From assembly GCA_943350175.1 (NCBI GenBank), contig CALQZX010000005.1, forward strand, positions 150-64,149: a stretch of DNA of 64,000 nt, given 5' to 3'. The notes under the pieces are model-generated. The model had not been told where the DNA came from. It saw nothing but the letters and a program-made list of their open reading frames with translations, and searched no databases. The stretch comes from Parcubacteria group bacterium. Lineage in GTDB: Bacteria > Patescibacteriota > Microgenomatia > UBA1400 > PJMF01. The translations under genes were made by a program, and so were the position numbers. This document shows positions 37,936-47,922 of this stretch, piece by piece. Position 1 is the first letter of the stretch, and each line of letters begins with the position of its first letter.

Positions 37936-39276
37936 TTAACTGAGTGAAGCAACCAACTGTTCTCTAACGATGGCAATATCAACTTTCTTACCAAGTTCTT
38001 TCATCACTTGCCCAATTAAGAAACCAGCGACGGCAGTTTTGCCGGCTTTATATTTATCTACCGCATCTTGATTTGCAGATAAAACTTTATCGATTGTGAT
38101 TTGCAGTTCTTTGGTATCGACAGTATCACTCGTAGTAGCAGTTTTGAATCTAGCTAAAACATCAGCAGCCTTCTCTTCAAAAGAAAATTCGATTTTTTTA
38201 TTGAGCAAACTATTAATTACCTTTTGACATTCTAAGCTCTCATTTTTAGCGAGGGAAAGAACTTCTTCAAAGAAAACCGACTCAGTTCTATTAATCGTTA
38301 GATCTTTAGCGCTTTTTTCATTAAGATTATATTCTTTGGTAAAGCGAACAGATTTGGCATCTGGTAATTCGCCAATTTTATTTTTGATAGTGTCGATTTC
38401 TGCTTGTGTAAATTCAATTGGCGGAAGGTCTGGATCTGGGAAATAGCGATAGTCAGCTGCATCTTCTTTGCTGCGCTGTGAAAAAGTTTTCCCGGTGCTT
38501 GGGTTATAGCCACGAGTTTCTTGAATTGGTGTGCTGCCGTTTTGTAAGATTTCAGTCTGGCGATCTATTTCAAATTTAATTGCTGCCTCTAAGAATTTAA
38601 AGGAATTAATATTTTTGCATTCAACTTTATAGTCAGGTAATTCAGTGCGACTTTCTTTACGCAAAGAAATATTGGCTTCGAGACGCATGCCGCCTTTTTC
38701 CATATCGCAGTCGGCAATATCTAGGTAACGCATGATTTGACGTAATTTTTGACCATATTCTTTGGCTTGTGTAGCTGATTTAATGTCTGGCTCCGTCACA
38801 ATTTCAATCAAAGGGACACTACTGCGATTGAAATCTACCAAAGTGACTTTTTCCAATTCTCCGTCGCCATCCAAATCAATTTCTTGATGTGAAAGCTTGG
38901 CAGTGTCCTCCTCTAAATGAATGCGGTGGATGCCAACTCTACCCTCGCTGGTATCGATATAGCCATCATGACAGAAAGGAATATCAAACTGACTAATTTG
39001 ATAGCCCTTGGCCAGATCTGGATAAAAATAATTTTTACGATCGAATTTGGAAAAAAGATTGATTTGACAATTAAGAGCGAGACCGAGTTTAATAGTCAAT
39101 TCAATGGCTTTACGATTGGCGACTGGTAAACCACCAGGCATACCAAGACAAACTGGACAGGTATAAATATTTGGCTTTTCTGCGCCAAATGGATCGTTCT
39201 TACAAGAACAAAACATTTTAGAATTTGTTTTTACTTCAGCGTGAATTTCAAGTCCGCAGACTAATTTGTATGGCAT
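37936..39276 (-). CDS. gatB: Asp-tRNA(Asn)/Glu-tRNA(Gln) amidotransferase subunit B
   Basis: GLEIHAEVKTNSKMFCSC…CPVCLGMPG plus the GatB/YqeY C-terminal domain. Confidence 0.9.
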   Translation of the reverse strand: MPYKLVCGLEIHAEVKTNSKMFCSCKNDPFGAEKPNIYTCPVCLGMPGGLPVANRKAIELTIKLGLALNCQINLFSKFDRKNYFYPDLAKGYQISQFDIPFCHDGYIDTSEGRVGIHRIHLEEDTAKLSHQEIDLDGDGELEKVTLVDFNRSSVPLIEIVTEPDIKSATQAKEYGQKLRQIMRYLDIADCDMEKGGMRLEANISLRKESRTELPDYKVECKNINSFKFLEAAIKFEIDRQTEILQNGSTPIQETRGYNPSTGKTFSQRSKEDAADYRYFPDPDLPPIEFTQAEIDTIKNKIGELPDAKSVRFTKEYNLNEKSAKDLTINRTESVFFEEVLSLAKNESLECQKVINSLLNKKIEFSFEEKAADVLARFKTATTSDTVDTKELQITIDKVLSANQDAVDKYKAGKTAVAGFLIGQVMKELGKKVDIAIVREQLVASLS

Positions 39277-40658
39277 TATTTATTTCTCCATGAATTCCAC
39301 TTGGTGTTTTTTTCAAAAGCATCGGCAACTTTGATGATTGATTCCTCTTTCCACATTGGGGCAACGAAGCTAGCACCAAGGTAAAGATTACTTGTCTCAT
39401 CGCGGTAAAAAGGCACATTGATGCCTGGTAAGCCAGTTATGGAGCTTGGCTCCAAGAGCATATCTTCTAATTCTCCAAACATCGCAGCATCAAGTGAGGC
39501 ACCGATTTTTTTGGCATAAGAAGGTGAAGTTGGCGACACTAAAATATCATATTTTTTAAATAATTCTTTGTAGTTTTCAAGATACAGAGTGCGGACTTTT
39601 TGAGCCAAATTATAATATTGATCGGCGTGACCTTTGGTTAAGGTGTAAGTGCCGAGCATGATGCGTTTTTTACCTTCCTCACCAAAGAAACTGCGATCTT
39701 TGCCATAGCGAATCCCGTCATAACGAGCCAAATTGCTACTGACTTCCGCTCTCTGCACCACTGTGTAAACACCGATGGCGTGATGAGGATCCATGGCTTT
39801 GACGATTTCAACTTCTGCCCCAAGCTCTTTGAGGATATTTAATTCTTGAAGTAGTTTTTGATTGGTTTCACCGATTTCTTTAACATCTTGGTAAACTACG
39901 CCAATTTTCATGCCCTTAATACTCTGACCAATAAAGCTAGTAAAATCTGGAGATTTTTCTACATTGCAGGTAGCATCTCTTTCGTCTGGGCCAGCAAAAG
40001 CATTGAGTAGTAAACAAGCGTCTTCAACAGTTTTGGTCAAAGGACCTGGGCTATCAGTAGATGAAGCCATGGAAACAACTCCAAAGCGACTGACTCGACC
40101 ATAGCTTGGTTTGAAGCCAACAGTGCCGCACCAAGCAGCTGGTTGTCTGATGGAACCGGCAGTCTCACTACCGATGGCAGCAATACTCATGTCTGCGGCA
40201 ATAGCGGCAGCACTGCCACCTGAAGATCCACCAGGTAAATGTTCAATATTACGTGGGTTTAAAGTGCGTCCAAAATCGCTAGTTTCAGTAGATGAGCCAT
40301 GGGCCCAAGCGTCCATATTCGTCTTGCCAAAAATTACCCCACCATTTTCTTTGAGTTTTTTTGTAACAGTTGATTCGTATGCAGGCATGAAGCCATCTAG
40401 AACGTTGGATGAAGCAGTGGTTGGTAAGCCAATGGTGCAAAAATTATCTTTGACTGCGATAGGCAGGCCACGAAGTGGCTTTTGGCTGGCTTTTTTGGCC
40501 TCATTGAGGGCTTCTTTATTAACACTCAAATAGATATTTAAATCTTTATTTTTAGCCTGATAAACTTGATCTAAATCTTCGTAGATTTCTTCGATTTTAA
40601 CTTCTTTTTTATCCAGGGCATCAATGCTCTCTTTGAGAGTGAGTTCATTTAATTTCAT
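39276..40658 (-). CDS. gatA: Asp-tRNA(Asn)/Glu-tRNA(Gln) amidotransferase subunit A
   Basis: Amidase signature GGSSGGSAAAIAA with the Ser-cisSer-Lys triad context. Confidence 0.9.
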   Translation of the reverse strand: MKLNELTLKESIDALDKKEVKIEEIYEDLDQVYQAKNKDLNIYLSVNKEALNEAKKASQKPLRGLPIAVKDNFCTIGLPTTASSNVLDGFMPAYESTVTKKLKENGGVIFGKTNMDAWAHGSSTETSDFGRTLNPRNIEHLPGGSSGGSAAAIAADMSIAAIGSETAGSIRQPAAWCGTVGFKPSYGRVSRFGVVSMASSTDSPGPLTKTVEDACLLLNAFAGPDERDATCNVEKSPDFTSFIGQSIKGMKIGVVYQDVKEIGETNQKLLQELNILKELGAEVEIVKAMDPHHAIGVYTVVQRAEVSSNLARYDGIRYGKDRSFFGEEGKKRIMLGTYTLTKGHADQYYNLAQKVRTLYLENYKELFKKYDILVSPTSPSYAKKIGASLDAAMFGELEDMLLEPSSITGLPGINVPFYRDETSNLYLGASFVAPMWKEESIIKVADAFEKNTKWNSWRNK

Positions 40659-40660
40659 GA

Positions 40661-40966
40661 CTAATTATCCTTGTTCTGTAAAACGTAAGGGACGACAAAA
40701 AATCCATTATAAGTAGATTTGGCATTTGCTAAGGCTTCTTCTTGAGTGAAGCTCTGTTCAGGTTTGACGACGTCATCGCGCAAAATATTTTTGAAGCCAG
40801 TCACTTGATGAGTGATGGCTGTTTTATTAGCGCCAGCTTTTTTGAGACGGTCAACGACAATTAAAGTTTCAGTGAAAGCTTCGGCTAGTTTAACGCTTTC
40901 TTCTTCAGTAACTGGAATGTTAGCTAATTGGGCAATATGTTTAACTTGGGTGTTGTTGACTGACAT
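40661..40966 (-). CDS. gatC: Asp-tRNA(Asn)/Glu-tRNA(Gln) amidotransferase subunit C
   Basis: VKHIAQLANIPVTEEE…, ~100 aa, sitting upstream of gatA-gatB. Confidence 0.8.
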   Translation of the reverse strand: MSVNNTQVKHIAQLANIPVTEEESVKLAEAFTETLIVVDRLKKAGANKTAITHQVTGFKNILRDDVVKPEQSFTQEEALANAKSTYNGFFVVPYVLQNKDN

Positions 40967-41002
40967 ATGAATCTAAGTGCTTAGTTTAACACAAATCCTT
41001 GA

Positions 41003-41914
41003 CTAATTTCTGCTCATTTCTCTTAAAATTGCGATTCTTTCTTCGATTGGCGGATGGGTGTTAAAAAGTTTGGCAAAGGCGTGTACTGCACCTGTAGTAT
41101 TTTTAAGCGGATTGCTGATGTAGAGATGAGCGGTGGCTTTATTGGCGACTTCAAGAGGTTCACTGTCTGTAGAAATCTTAGCCAAGGCTTTGATTAAGCC
41201 TTCTGGATTCTTGGTCATTTCTACGCCGCTGGCATCAGCCAGGAATTCTCTACGTCTGGAAATAGCTAATTGAATTAATTGAGCAATGATTGGTGAAAGA
41301 ATAGCTAAAATGACTGCGACGATGGTGACAATAACGCCAATCTGGTCATTATCATTGTCTCTTTTTCTGTTCCCTCCCCAAAATGACATGCGCAACATCC
41401 AGTCTGCTAGTAAGGCGATTAAACCAACCAAAACTGAGACGATGGACATGAGCAGAATATCATAATTTTTGACGTGGCTGAGTTCATGAGCAACGACGGC
41501 CTCTACTTCGCTGCGGTTGAGGCGACTAAGTAAGCCAGTGGTAGCACAAACGACAGCGTGTTCCGGATTGCGTCCGGTGGCAAAGGCGTTCATAGCAGTG
41601 TCTTCAATGACATAAAGCTTAGGCATGGGCATTTTTTGACCCAGACAAATATTTTCAGTGACGGTATAAAAGTCAAAGAATTCATTTCTCTTTGCTTCTT
41701 TGGCACCAGAAATACCGAGAATAATTTTGTCGCTGTAGTAGTAACTGAAAAATGATGCTCCACCAGAGAAAACGAGCGCCCAGCCGACTATATCAAGTGA
41801 ATAGCCAAAACCTTTGGCCATTAAATAAGCGGCTCCAACAATGAAGATAATAAATAAGCTAATGATAAAGAAAGATCGCTGCTTGTTTTTCGCAACTAAC
41901 TGATAATGAGTCAT
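41003..41914 (-). CDS. htpX: M48 family heat-shock protease HtpX
   Basis: HEXXH motif (AHELSHVKNYD), four TM helices, HtpX layout. Confidence 0.85.
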   Translation of the reverse strand: MTHYQLVAKNKQRSFFIISLFIIFIVGAAYLMAKGFGYSLDIVGWALVFSGGASFFSYYYSDKIILGISGAKEAKRNEFFDFYTVTENICLGQKMPMPKLYVIEDTAMNAFATGRNPEHAVVCATTGLLSRLNRSEVEAVVAHELSHVKNYDILLMSIVSVLVGLIALLADWMLRMSFWGGNRKRDNDNDQIGVIVTIVAVILAILSPIIAQLIQLAISRRREFLADASGVEMTKNPEGLIKALAKISTDSEPLEVANKATAHLYISNPLKNTTGAVHAFAKLFNTHPPIEERIAILREMSRN

Positions 41915-41933
41915 ATTTTGTTATTAGTCTTTT

Positions 41934-42515
41934 TTAAAGGCTAACTTTGGGGCTTTTTTCTTCTTCACTGCTGACTTCCATATGAGAGCCAGTTTCTGAA
42001 GTAGCAATGCCTTTTTCTTCTTTAAAACCAAACATGTTGGCAATTAAGTTTGAAGGAAAGACCACTAATTTTTCGTTGAAGTCCTGAGACAGGTCAATGA
42101 CGCTACGACGAGCATAGGTCAATTTGTCGGCAGTATCAGTTAGTTCATCCATGAATTTAGTAATAGCTTCATTGGCTTTTAATTCTGGATTACTTTCAAC
42201 CACGACTTGAATTTGTGGTAGTAAGTTTTGAATTTTGCTAACTGCCTGATCGATATCTTTGGCAGAACCTGAAGAGTCAGCTTTGGCGACAGATTGGCGA
42301 GCTTCGGTTAAAAGCTTGTAAATGCCTTGTTCATGTTTGAGTTGACCTTTGACGGCAACTTCAAGGTTTGGAATAAGACCGGCTTGACGTTTCAATTGAT
42401 TGCCAATCTCTTGAATACTGGCTTTGATTTGCGTCTTGAGAGTCTGGAGAGAGTTGTAAACACCAACAACGTAAAAGAAGACGAGAGCTAAGATAATAAT
42501 GAGAGGAATCATCAT
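41934..42515 (-). CDS. lemA: LemA family protein
   Basis: N-terminal TM followed by the YNSLQTLKTQI…Q…GLIPNL LemA signature. Confidence 0.8.
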   Translation of the reverse strand: MMIPLIIILALVFFYVVGVYNSLQTLKTQIKASIQEIGNQLKRQAGLIPNLEVAVKGQLKHEQGIYKLLTEARQSVAKADSSGSAKDIDQAVSKIQNLLPQIQVVVESNPELKANEAITKFMDELTDTADKLTYARRSVIDLSQDFNEKLVVFPSNLIANMFGFKEEKGIATSETGSHMEVSSEEEKSPKVSL

Positions 42516-42761
42516 ATTGGGTCCTTTATTAGATGTTAATTAGAGATTTTATTATAGCATTTGCTCACGCAAAGTAACTACTGACAAAGAATAGGTTTTT
42601 GACCGAGCTTTGCGAGGGAATGTCCGAAGTGGAGACGGAGGACGCACTCCATCAGAAAAAAGGGTCTGAAATTCGCTAAAGCATCTTTATATACCTGCTG
42701 CTTTTTGCAATACGTTGCATTGCAAAAAGACAGGGTCTGAAATATAATAAGAACTTCGAAA

Positions 42762-42837
42762 TGGCCTCGTGGTGTAGCGGTTAACATGTCTCCCTGTCAC
42801 GGAGAAGACCGTCGGTTCGAATCCGATCGAGGTCGCC
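42762..42837 (+). tRNA. tRNA-Asp (anticodon GTC), CCA encoded
   Basis: Cloverleaf folded by hand. Acceptor GGCCTCG/CGAGGTC, D-stem GTGT/ACAT, anticodon arm TCTCC-cTGTCac-GGAGA, T-arm GTCGG-TTCGAAT-CCGAT, discriminator G + CCA. Confidence 0.85.
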
Positions 42838-44472
42838 ATTTCGGATTTCTTGCTTACTTAGTTTGAAATACTCGGCTAAGTAAGCGGTTCCATCTACAAT
42901 TTGATTGTAAGTTGGCAATTCATTAAACATCATTCCAAAAAGTTGCTCTTGTCTACGCACATTCTCGGTGTCTATTAGCAGTTCTTCCAAGTGTTCCATG
43001 AAATAGCGAGCATATTGGAAACCAAGCTTAGCATTGAGTTCTTTTTTAACTTGTTGGTCTCTCATTTCTCTTGCTGATTTTAGCTTTTTTTCTACTCCCT
43101 CATAGTCCTCTTCTAAGGCCTTTCTGACTAATTCGCTATCTACTTGTTTGATGCGTTGAAAAATGGCGTTTTGCTCGGCTAGGAGGTCTGAGACGTACTT
43201 CTCTTTGTTCTGGCTTTCTTCAATTACATCAGATCTTTTTTTATCCCATTCTTCATAGAACAAAGCCTCCAGCAGCTTATGAAAATTTTCATCAAATTTT
43301 ATTTGTTTGATAAATTCATAAACATTCTTATTAAATTCGCTGGCTCCTTCAGACCACTGCTTATGACCTTGGTGGCAATGATAATATTTATACTTTTTTC
43401 CACCCCTACCTTTTGAAGCACTCCCTCTCAATTCGTGATTACAGATTGGACAAAGAACGACTCTTTTAAATGGGAATTCAGGATTGTGCTTCATGATGCG
43501 CTTTTTGGTTCTCTCTGTTTGCGCCTCATTCCCGTAAAAGATTTTGACCTCATCACCTGAAATTTCCAGTAAGATCTTATCTTTATTAGCTTGATTAAAT
43601 AACTCTGCATCAATAAAACCCGGAAATTTGGCTTTAACAGGCTGGTAATTTGTCCATTTTTCACAAAAGACTCCTGTGTAAATAGTTCTAGTCAAGAACT
43701 CAGCTATTCTGCTGGCACTTGCTTGATTTCCGCCGATCTTGCCAATTGGTTTTTTAGTTCTTCTATCACGCTTATTTTTAATTCTAGACCTATATCCAAG
43801 TCTATTTATTTCATTTGCTATTTCTGGTAAATTAAAGCCCTTAGCTTTCATTTGAAAAATCTTCTTTATAAAAAAAGACTCTTTTGGGTTTTCTATTAGA
43901 ATAAATCGTTTACCACTATCAGTTTCTATCCTCTTAGATTCAAATCCAAATGCCGAGCCATGTATACGATAACCTTGGCGAGTGTAAGTAACTTCAGCTC
44001 CTATTGTTTGAGTTAAGATGTTTCTTCTATCAGCTTTGGCTTGTTCTGCTGCCTCTATTTCAGCTGGTTCTGATGGTGAATATTTACTCCAATCATACTC
44101 AATTCCTAAATGATCCAGAGTGTTTATTTTTTCTCCGATAGTGTTGTAAACATCTGTTATTCTTACGCCATTTTGCTCAAGTTTTGTTTTCCATTTTAAG
44201 TAATCTACTCCACCACCTCTAGTGAATCTACTAATATTTTTAAATAACAATATATCGATTTTGTTCTCTTTATTGATGACATGGTCTAAAACTTCTTGGA
44301 AGAACTCTCTTTCTTTTAAAGCTCCACTTTCGATCAAAGAGAAAACTTTCTTTTCCTCTAAATTTTCTTTTTTTATATAGTGGCGGCACTGTTCTAACTG
44401 ATGCTCTAGACCGTCTCCTTCGGAAGCTTGTTTTGGTGATGATGCTCTAACGAGGATTACTGTGTTTTTCAT
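42781..44472 (-). mobile_element. large serine recombinase (resolvase catalytic domain + recombinase domain + zinc ribbon); 3' end reads antisense through tRNA-Asp 3' half
   Basis: Catalytic VILVRASSPKQ (Ser nucleophile) and ISRFTRG, recombinase domain, zinc ribbon CPICNHELRGSASKG…YKYYHCHQG, and a C-terminal coiled-coil. The last 19 codons are the reverse complement of tRNA-Asp positions 20-76. Confidence 0.8.
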
Positions 44473-45269
44473 TAGCAGTTCTCCTTATAGCTAACTTCTA
44501 AAACTTTGTCCACCATACAGGCGGCCAATTGTCGAAGTTTGGAAATTATTTTTTCAATTTCATTGTTGGACAAATTATTGAATTTGTTCCCCAACAATTT
44601 ACGTGCTAATTCTATCGTCATCTGGGACCTTTCCCAGTTAACGAAGAGATGAACTGCAAAAAAACCTGATCAATCAACAATCGATTTGTCTACAAAAACT
44701 AATAACCCATAACGAGCAATAAATAGTTTGATTATGTTTGTTATTAATTAATGAGAGAACAGAATTGTGTGATTGACCCAATTATTAATTGATCTAAAAA
44801 TACTTTTATAAATATTCTTAGATCAATTCTTCTGTTAACTATATTGTCTGGTTTTGAGCAGTAATTTGATGCCATCTAAATAGTATCAAATGGTCGCCCA
44901 AAACCTTTCAATTATTAATTATTACTAATTTGGTTTATATCACCCCTAATTTTTTTTGCAAGCTATTAAAAAATAATTAAATTTGTTTTAAAAACCCCAA
45001 CCCACAACAAGCTATTGGCTAAGGTTTTTACTGCTCTCTATAAACCTGCCTTGGTACGCGATATTTTTCAGTGTAGAAACTATCCTATAATTTATAAAAT
45101 AATTTACCTTATTTATGTAAAGGAATGTCCATAGATAGAGGACGTCCTTTAGGCCTCTTTAGGTGTAGGAGGGGTGTAATCTTTGTCAGACGATTGATGA
45201 TTTGTTATCTAGATAAGGAGCTAAGCAAGCCGGCCGGCAGGTGGCTACACTCATGTTTTAAATAAGCGC

Positions 45270-45641
45270 TTATTTTAGTATCTGTTGTTTTAACAGAACC
45301 AGCTTTGTTCGTTTAACAAATAGCCTTTTAAGAAATTCATAATAATCTAGATCTACTTTTTCAACTGCTTTTTCTAAGGCTTCATTAATTCTCTTAATAT
45401 CCAAAGATGGCAAAGTATTAATCTTTAAATTCAATTGGCGTAATGCATATTTATTCTCAACTCTCATAGCGTATTGTTCTGTTGTTTCTAACTCATCAAG
45501 AAATGGAGGGGCTGGATCAAAGAAACAAAGTATTTTAAAGATGAGAGTATGAATGAAAACCTTATTTACCATGCCGGGGATAACGTATTCGGCAATAATA
45601 AAACTCGAATTGCCATCGTGTTTAATCCTTTTTATTTTCAT
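45270..45641 (-). CDS. hypothetical protein (island)
   Basis: 123-aa ORF. AT-rich codon usage, distinct from the core genes. Confidence 0.3.
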   Translation of the reverse strand: MKIKRIKHDGNSSFIIAEYVIPGMVNKVFIHTLIFKILCFFDPAPPFLDELETTEQYAMRVENKYALRQLNLKINTLPSLDIKRINEALEKAVEKVDLDYYEFLKRLFVKRTKLVLLKQQILK

Positions 45642-45918
45642 GGTTTTTCATTTTGAACAAAATATTATCAATTCTTTCTTTCTTTTCTTGTTCATTTTTT
45701 GCATATGTTCTATAAAAAAAAAGTCCAGACAGCCACATAAAAATTGTTCCTCCATCATAAATACCGTGGCTCATGGCATAAAGTCCAATAAGAAATGAAA
45801 TTGAACAAAAAACACCAGACGTTTCAGATTTCGGTATTTTATCTTTGTGCAATTTGCTTATGACTAATGGTCCAACGCAGATAAGTATAATTATTATTAA
45901 TAAAGTTTCTTCTGTCAT
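45622..45918 (-). CDS. small hypothetical membrane protein (island)
   Basis: 98 aa with two TM helices. Overlaps the downstream ORF by 20 nt. Confidence 0.3.
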   Translation of the reverse strand: MTEETLLIIIILICVGPLVISKLHKDKIPKSETSGVFCSISFLIGLYAMSHGIYDGGTIFMWLSGLFFYRTYAKNEQEKKERIDNILFKMKNHENKKD

Positions 45919-45964
45919 AATGATGTTTATTATATACCACCAGTAAGTCGACCACAGGTAAAGA

Positions 45965-46201
45965 TTGCATCAAAATTTACCCATGGTCGACAAGCAAGAA
46001 TTATCAGCAAGGTTGGGTCAAAGATTGGCGGAACTGAGATCTCTTAAGGGATTTACTCAGGAGAGGTTGGCTTATGATGCTGAACTTAATAGGGCTTATG
46101 TTGGCTATATTGAGCGCGGAGAAAGAAATCCATCTGTTGTGACGATGGCAAAGATAGCGCTTGCCTTAAAAGTTGAGTTGCATGAGCTTTTTAGGTTATA
46201 A
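45965..46201 (+). CDS. XRE-family HTH regulator (island)
   Basis: LGQRLAELRSLKGFTQERLAYDAELNRAYVGYIERGERNPSVVTMAKIALAL is an HTH_3 motif. Confidence 0.65.
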   Translation: MHQNLPMVDKQELSARLGQRLAELRSLKGFTQERLAYDAELNRAYVGYIERGERNPSVVTMAKIALALKVELHELFRL

Positions 46202-46267
46202 ATAATTGTTTATTTAAGATTAATATCCACAATTCAAGTACGACCCAATTTTTGAAAATTTATCCAA

Positions 46268-47920
46268 TTAGGAGTACATTTCAGCTGACTTCAAAGCTAT
46301 TCTATTTATTGATTGACGTATATCGAATATTGGATCTGAAACATCTACATACGGATCATATTTATTCAATTCAAATGCTAGAGCGATAGCATACTCAGTG
46401 AAGGCAACTTCATATGCCAGGCGCCTAAATACAGGATCTTCAGGAGAACGATCTTTTTTAGCTGCAATAATTTGAGGATGGTCGAGATTGATGTAAATAG
46501 TTCTAAATTCTGATTTATATTCTGCTCTATCTGGCATATTTGATCCTAAATGGGAAAATTCAATGCTAAATCCGCCTCCACTTCTCTTTTTTTTGCCATC
46601 ATCGCCAACATAATGTCCTTTTGAATCTCCCATCACTTTAGGCTTTACTATTGGGTTTAATTCCGGTGGCTCCTCGTCTTTATTCATGGAGTTTTGTACC
46701 TCTTTTAGGTTTAAAAAACCAACTTCTCCAATGTCATTTTCTATAGTTGCTGGATTGTTTCCTCCAAATAGAAAATCATTGGTTCCTTTAGTTTTTTCTC
46801 CAAATTCTATATTTCCTGTGTCAGGACCGTGTTTTAGCTCAGTTGTTTGTATTTTTTTTAGTTTCATCCTAAATGAATCAAAATCTGAATTTATAATATT
46901 TTCAATCTTTGATGCTTCATCTCGTAGTCTGTTAGCTTCTTCTGAAGCTTTTTCATTTTTATATTCTTCAACAAGTTCTTTTCTAACTTTTTCAAACAAC
47001 GGTCCAATAAATTGATACACTTCATTTACAATTTCGTTTTGTGGATTCAACTTCATTGATCTAGAAGCATCAAATGCTGAGGGTACTGAGTTGTCATCTG
47101 CGAGAGTCTCGACATCAATTTCTCCAAAAATAAAATTTGCCATTTCTTTACCTTCAAATCCGAGCATTGATGTTTCAAGCCATACTCCATTGGAAAAAAT
47201 TGAAATTCCACGAAAATCTTTCTCTAATGGTGACCTTGAAACCCTGATAATTAGTTTTGTTTTTCCAACGCGAGACATTTTTTTATTAAACGTTTCAAAA
47301 ACTTCTTCTCTTTCAATAGATGGTTCTATGAATTCACATAGGTGATTGTTAACTATCACAGAGACATCTTTTGGCCATTTTACAAGGTGCCTCTCTATAT
47401 ATTCAATTACACTTGATTGATCAATTAATTTTAGGTGAATTTTCTCAATCTCGACAAGTGTTCCATCATTTAAATCAGTTGGCTTTTCTTTGTAGATAGT
47501 TGTAACAGGCACAGGACTTCCAGATGAGCAATTTTCTAAATCTTTTCTTAGTAACTGAACGGCAGATGTTTTGCCATTTTTTGTTGTAGTAATTTTTAAA
47601 GAGTCGGCAATTCCAAAAGCCGCTGATTTTCCAGTTCCAAAATAACCTCTTCCAGGTTGTCCTGTTTTTCGATCTTGATTCTCTCCATGCATAATGAAAT
47701 AGTTTTCTAAGTCAGCCCAATTCATTCCTCTTCCATTATCTAGAATACTAATGCTTTTGTTTTTACTATTTAGGGATACTCTGATTTTTGGACTTACACC
47801 CTTATTAACATATTGAAGGCTATTCGAAACATACTCCCAAACGACCAGGCGTTCATTTTTAAACATTCCTGCTGATTGAAGCAAGTCTCTGGATATGTGA
47901 GATTTAACTAATATTGGCAT
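46268..47920 (-). CDS. GHKL-superfamily (HATPase_c_3 / MORC-like) ATPase with ~350-aa C-terminal extension
   Basis: Bergerat-fold motifs: N box EYVSNSLQY, G1 box ILDNGRGM, G2 box GQPGRGYFGTGKSAAFG. No histidine-kinase HisKA, gyrase or MutL C-terminal domains. Confidence 0.65.
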   Translation of the reverse strand: MPILVKSHISRDLLQSAGMFKNERLVVWEYVSNSLQYVNKGVSPKIRVSLNSKNKSISILDNGRGMNWADLENYFIMHGENQDRKTGQPGRGYFGTGKSAAFGIADSLKITTTKNGKTSAVQLLRKDLENCSSGSPVPVTTIYKEKPTDLNDGTLVEIEKIHLKLIDQSSVIEYIERHLVKWPKDVSVIVNNHLCEFIEPSIEREEVFETFNKKMSRVGKTKLIIRVSRSPLEKDFRGISIFSNGVWLETSMLGFEGKEMANFIFGEIDVETLADDNSVPSAFDASRSMKLNPQNEIVNEVYQFIGPLFEKVRKELVEEYKNEKASEEANRLRDEASKIENIINSDFDSFRMKLKKIQTTELKHGPDTGNIEFGEKTKGTNDFLFGGNNPATIENDIGEVGFLNLKEVQNSMNKDEEPPELNPIVKPKVMGDSKGHYVGDDGKKKRSGGGFSIEFSHLGSNMPDRAEYKSEFRTIYINLDHPQIIAAKKDRSPEDPVFRRLAYEVAFTEYAIALAFELNKYDPYVDVSDPIFDIRQSINRIALKSAEMYS

Positions 47921-47922
47921 AT

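Noticed and set aside
42578-42787. 69-aa ORF on the minus strand
   Set aside because: It lies in the lemA/tRNA spacer and runs into tRNA-Asp. It is explained by the tRNA and promoter region, and its composition is not coding-like.
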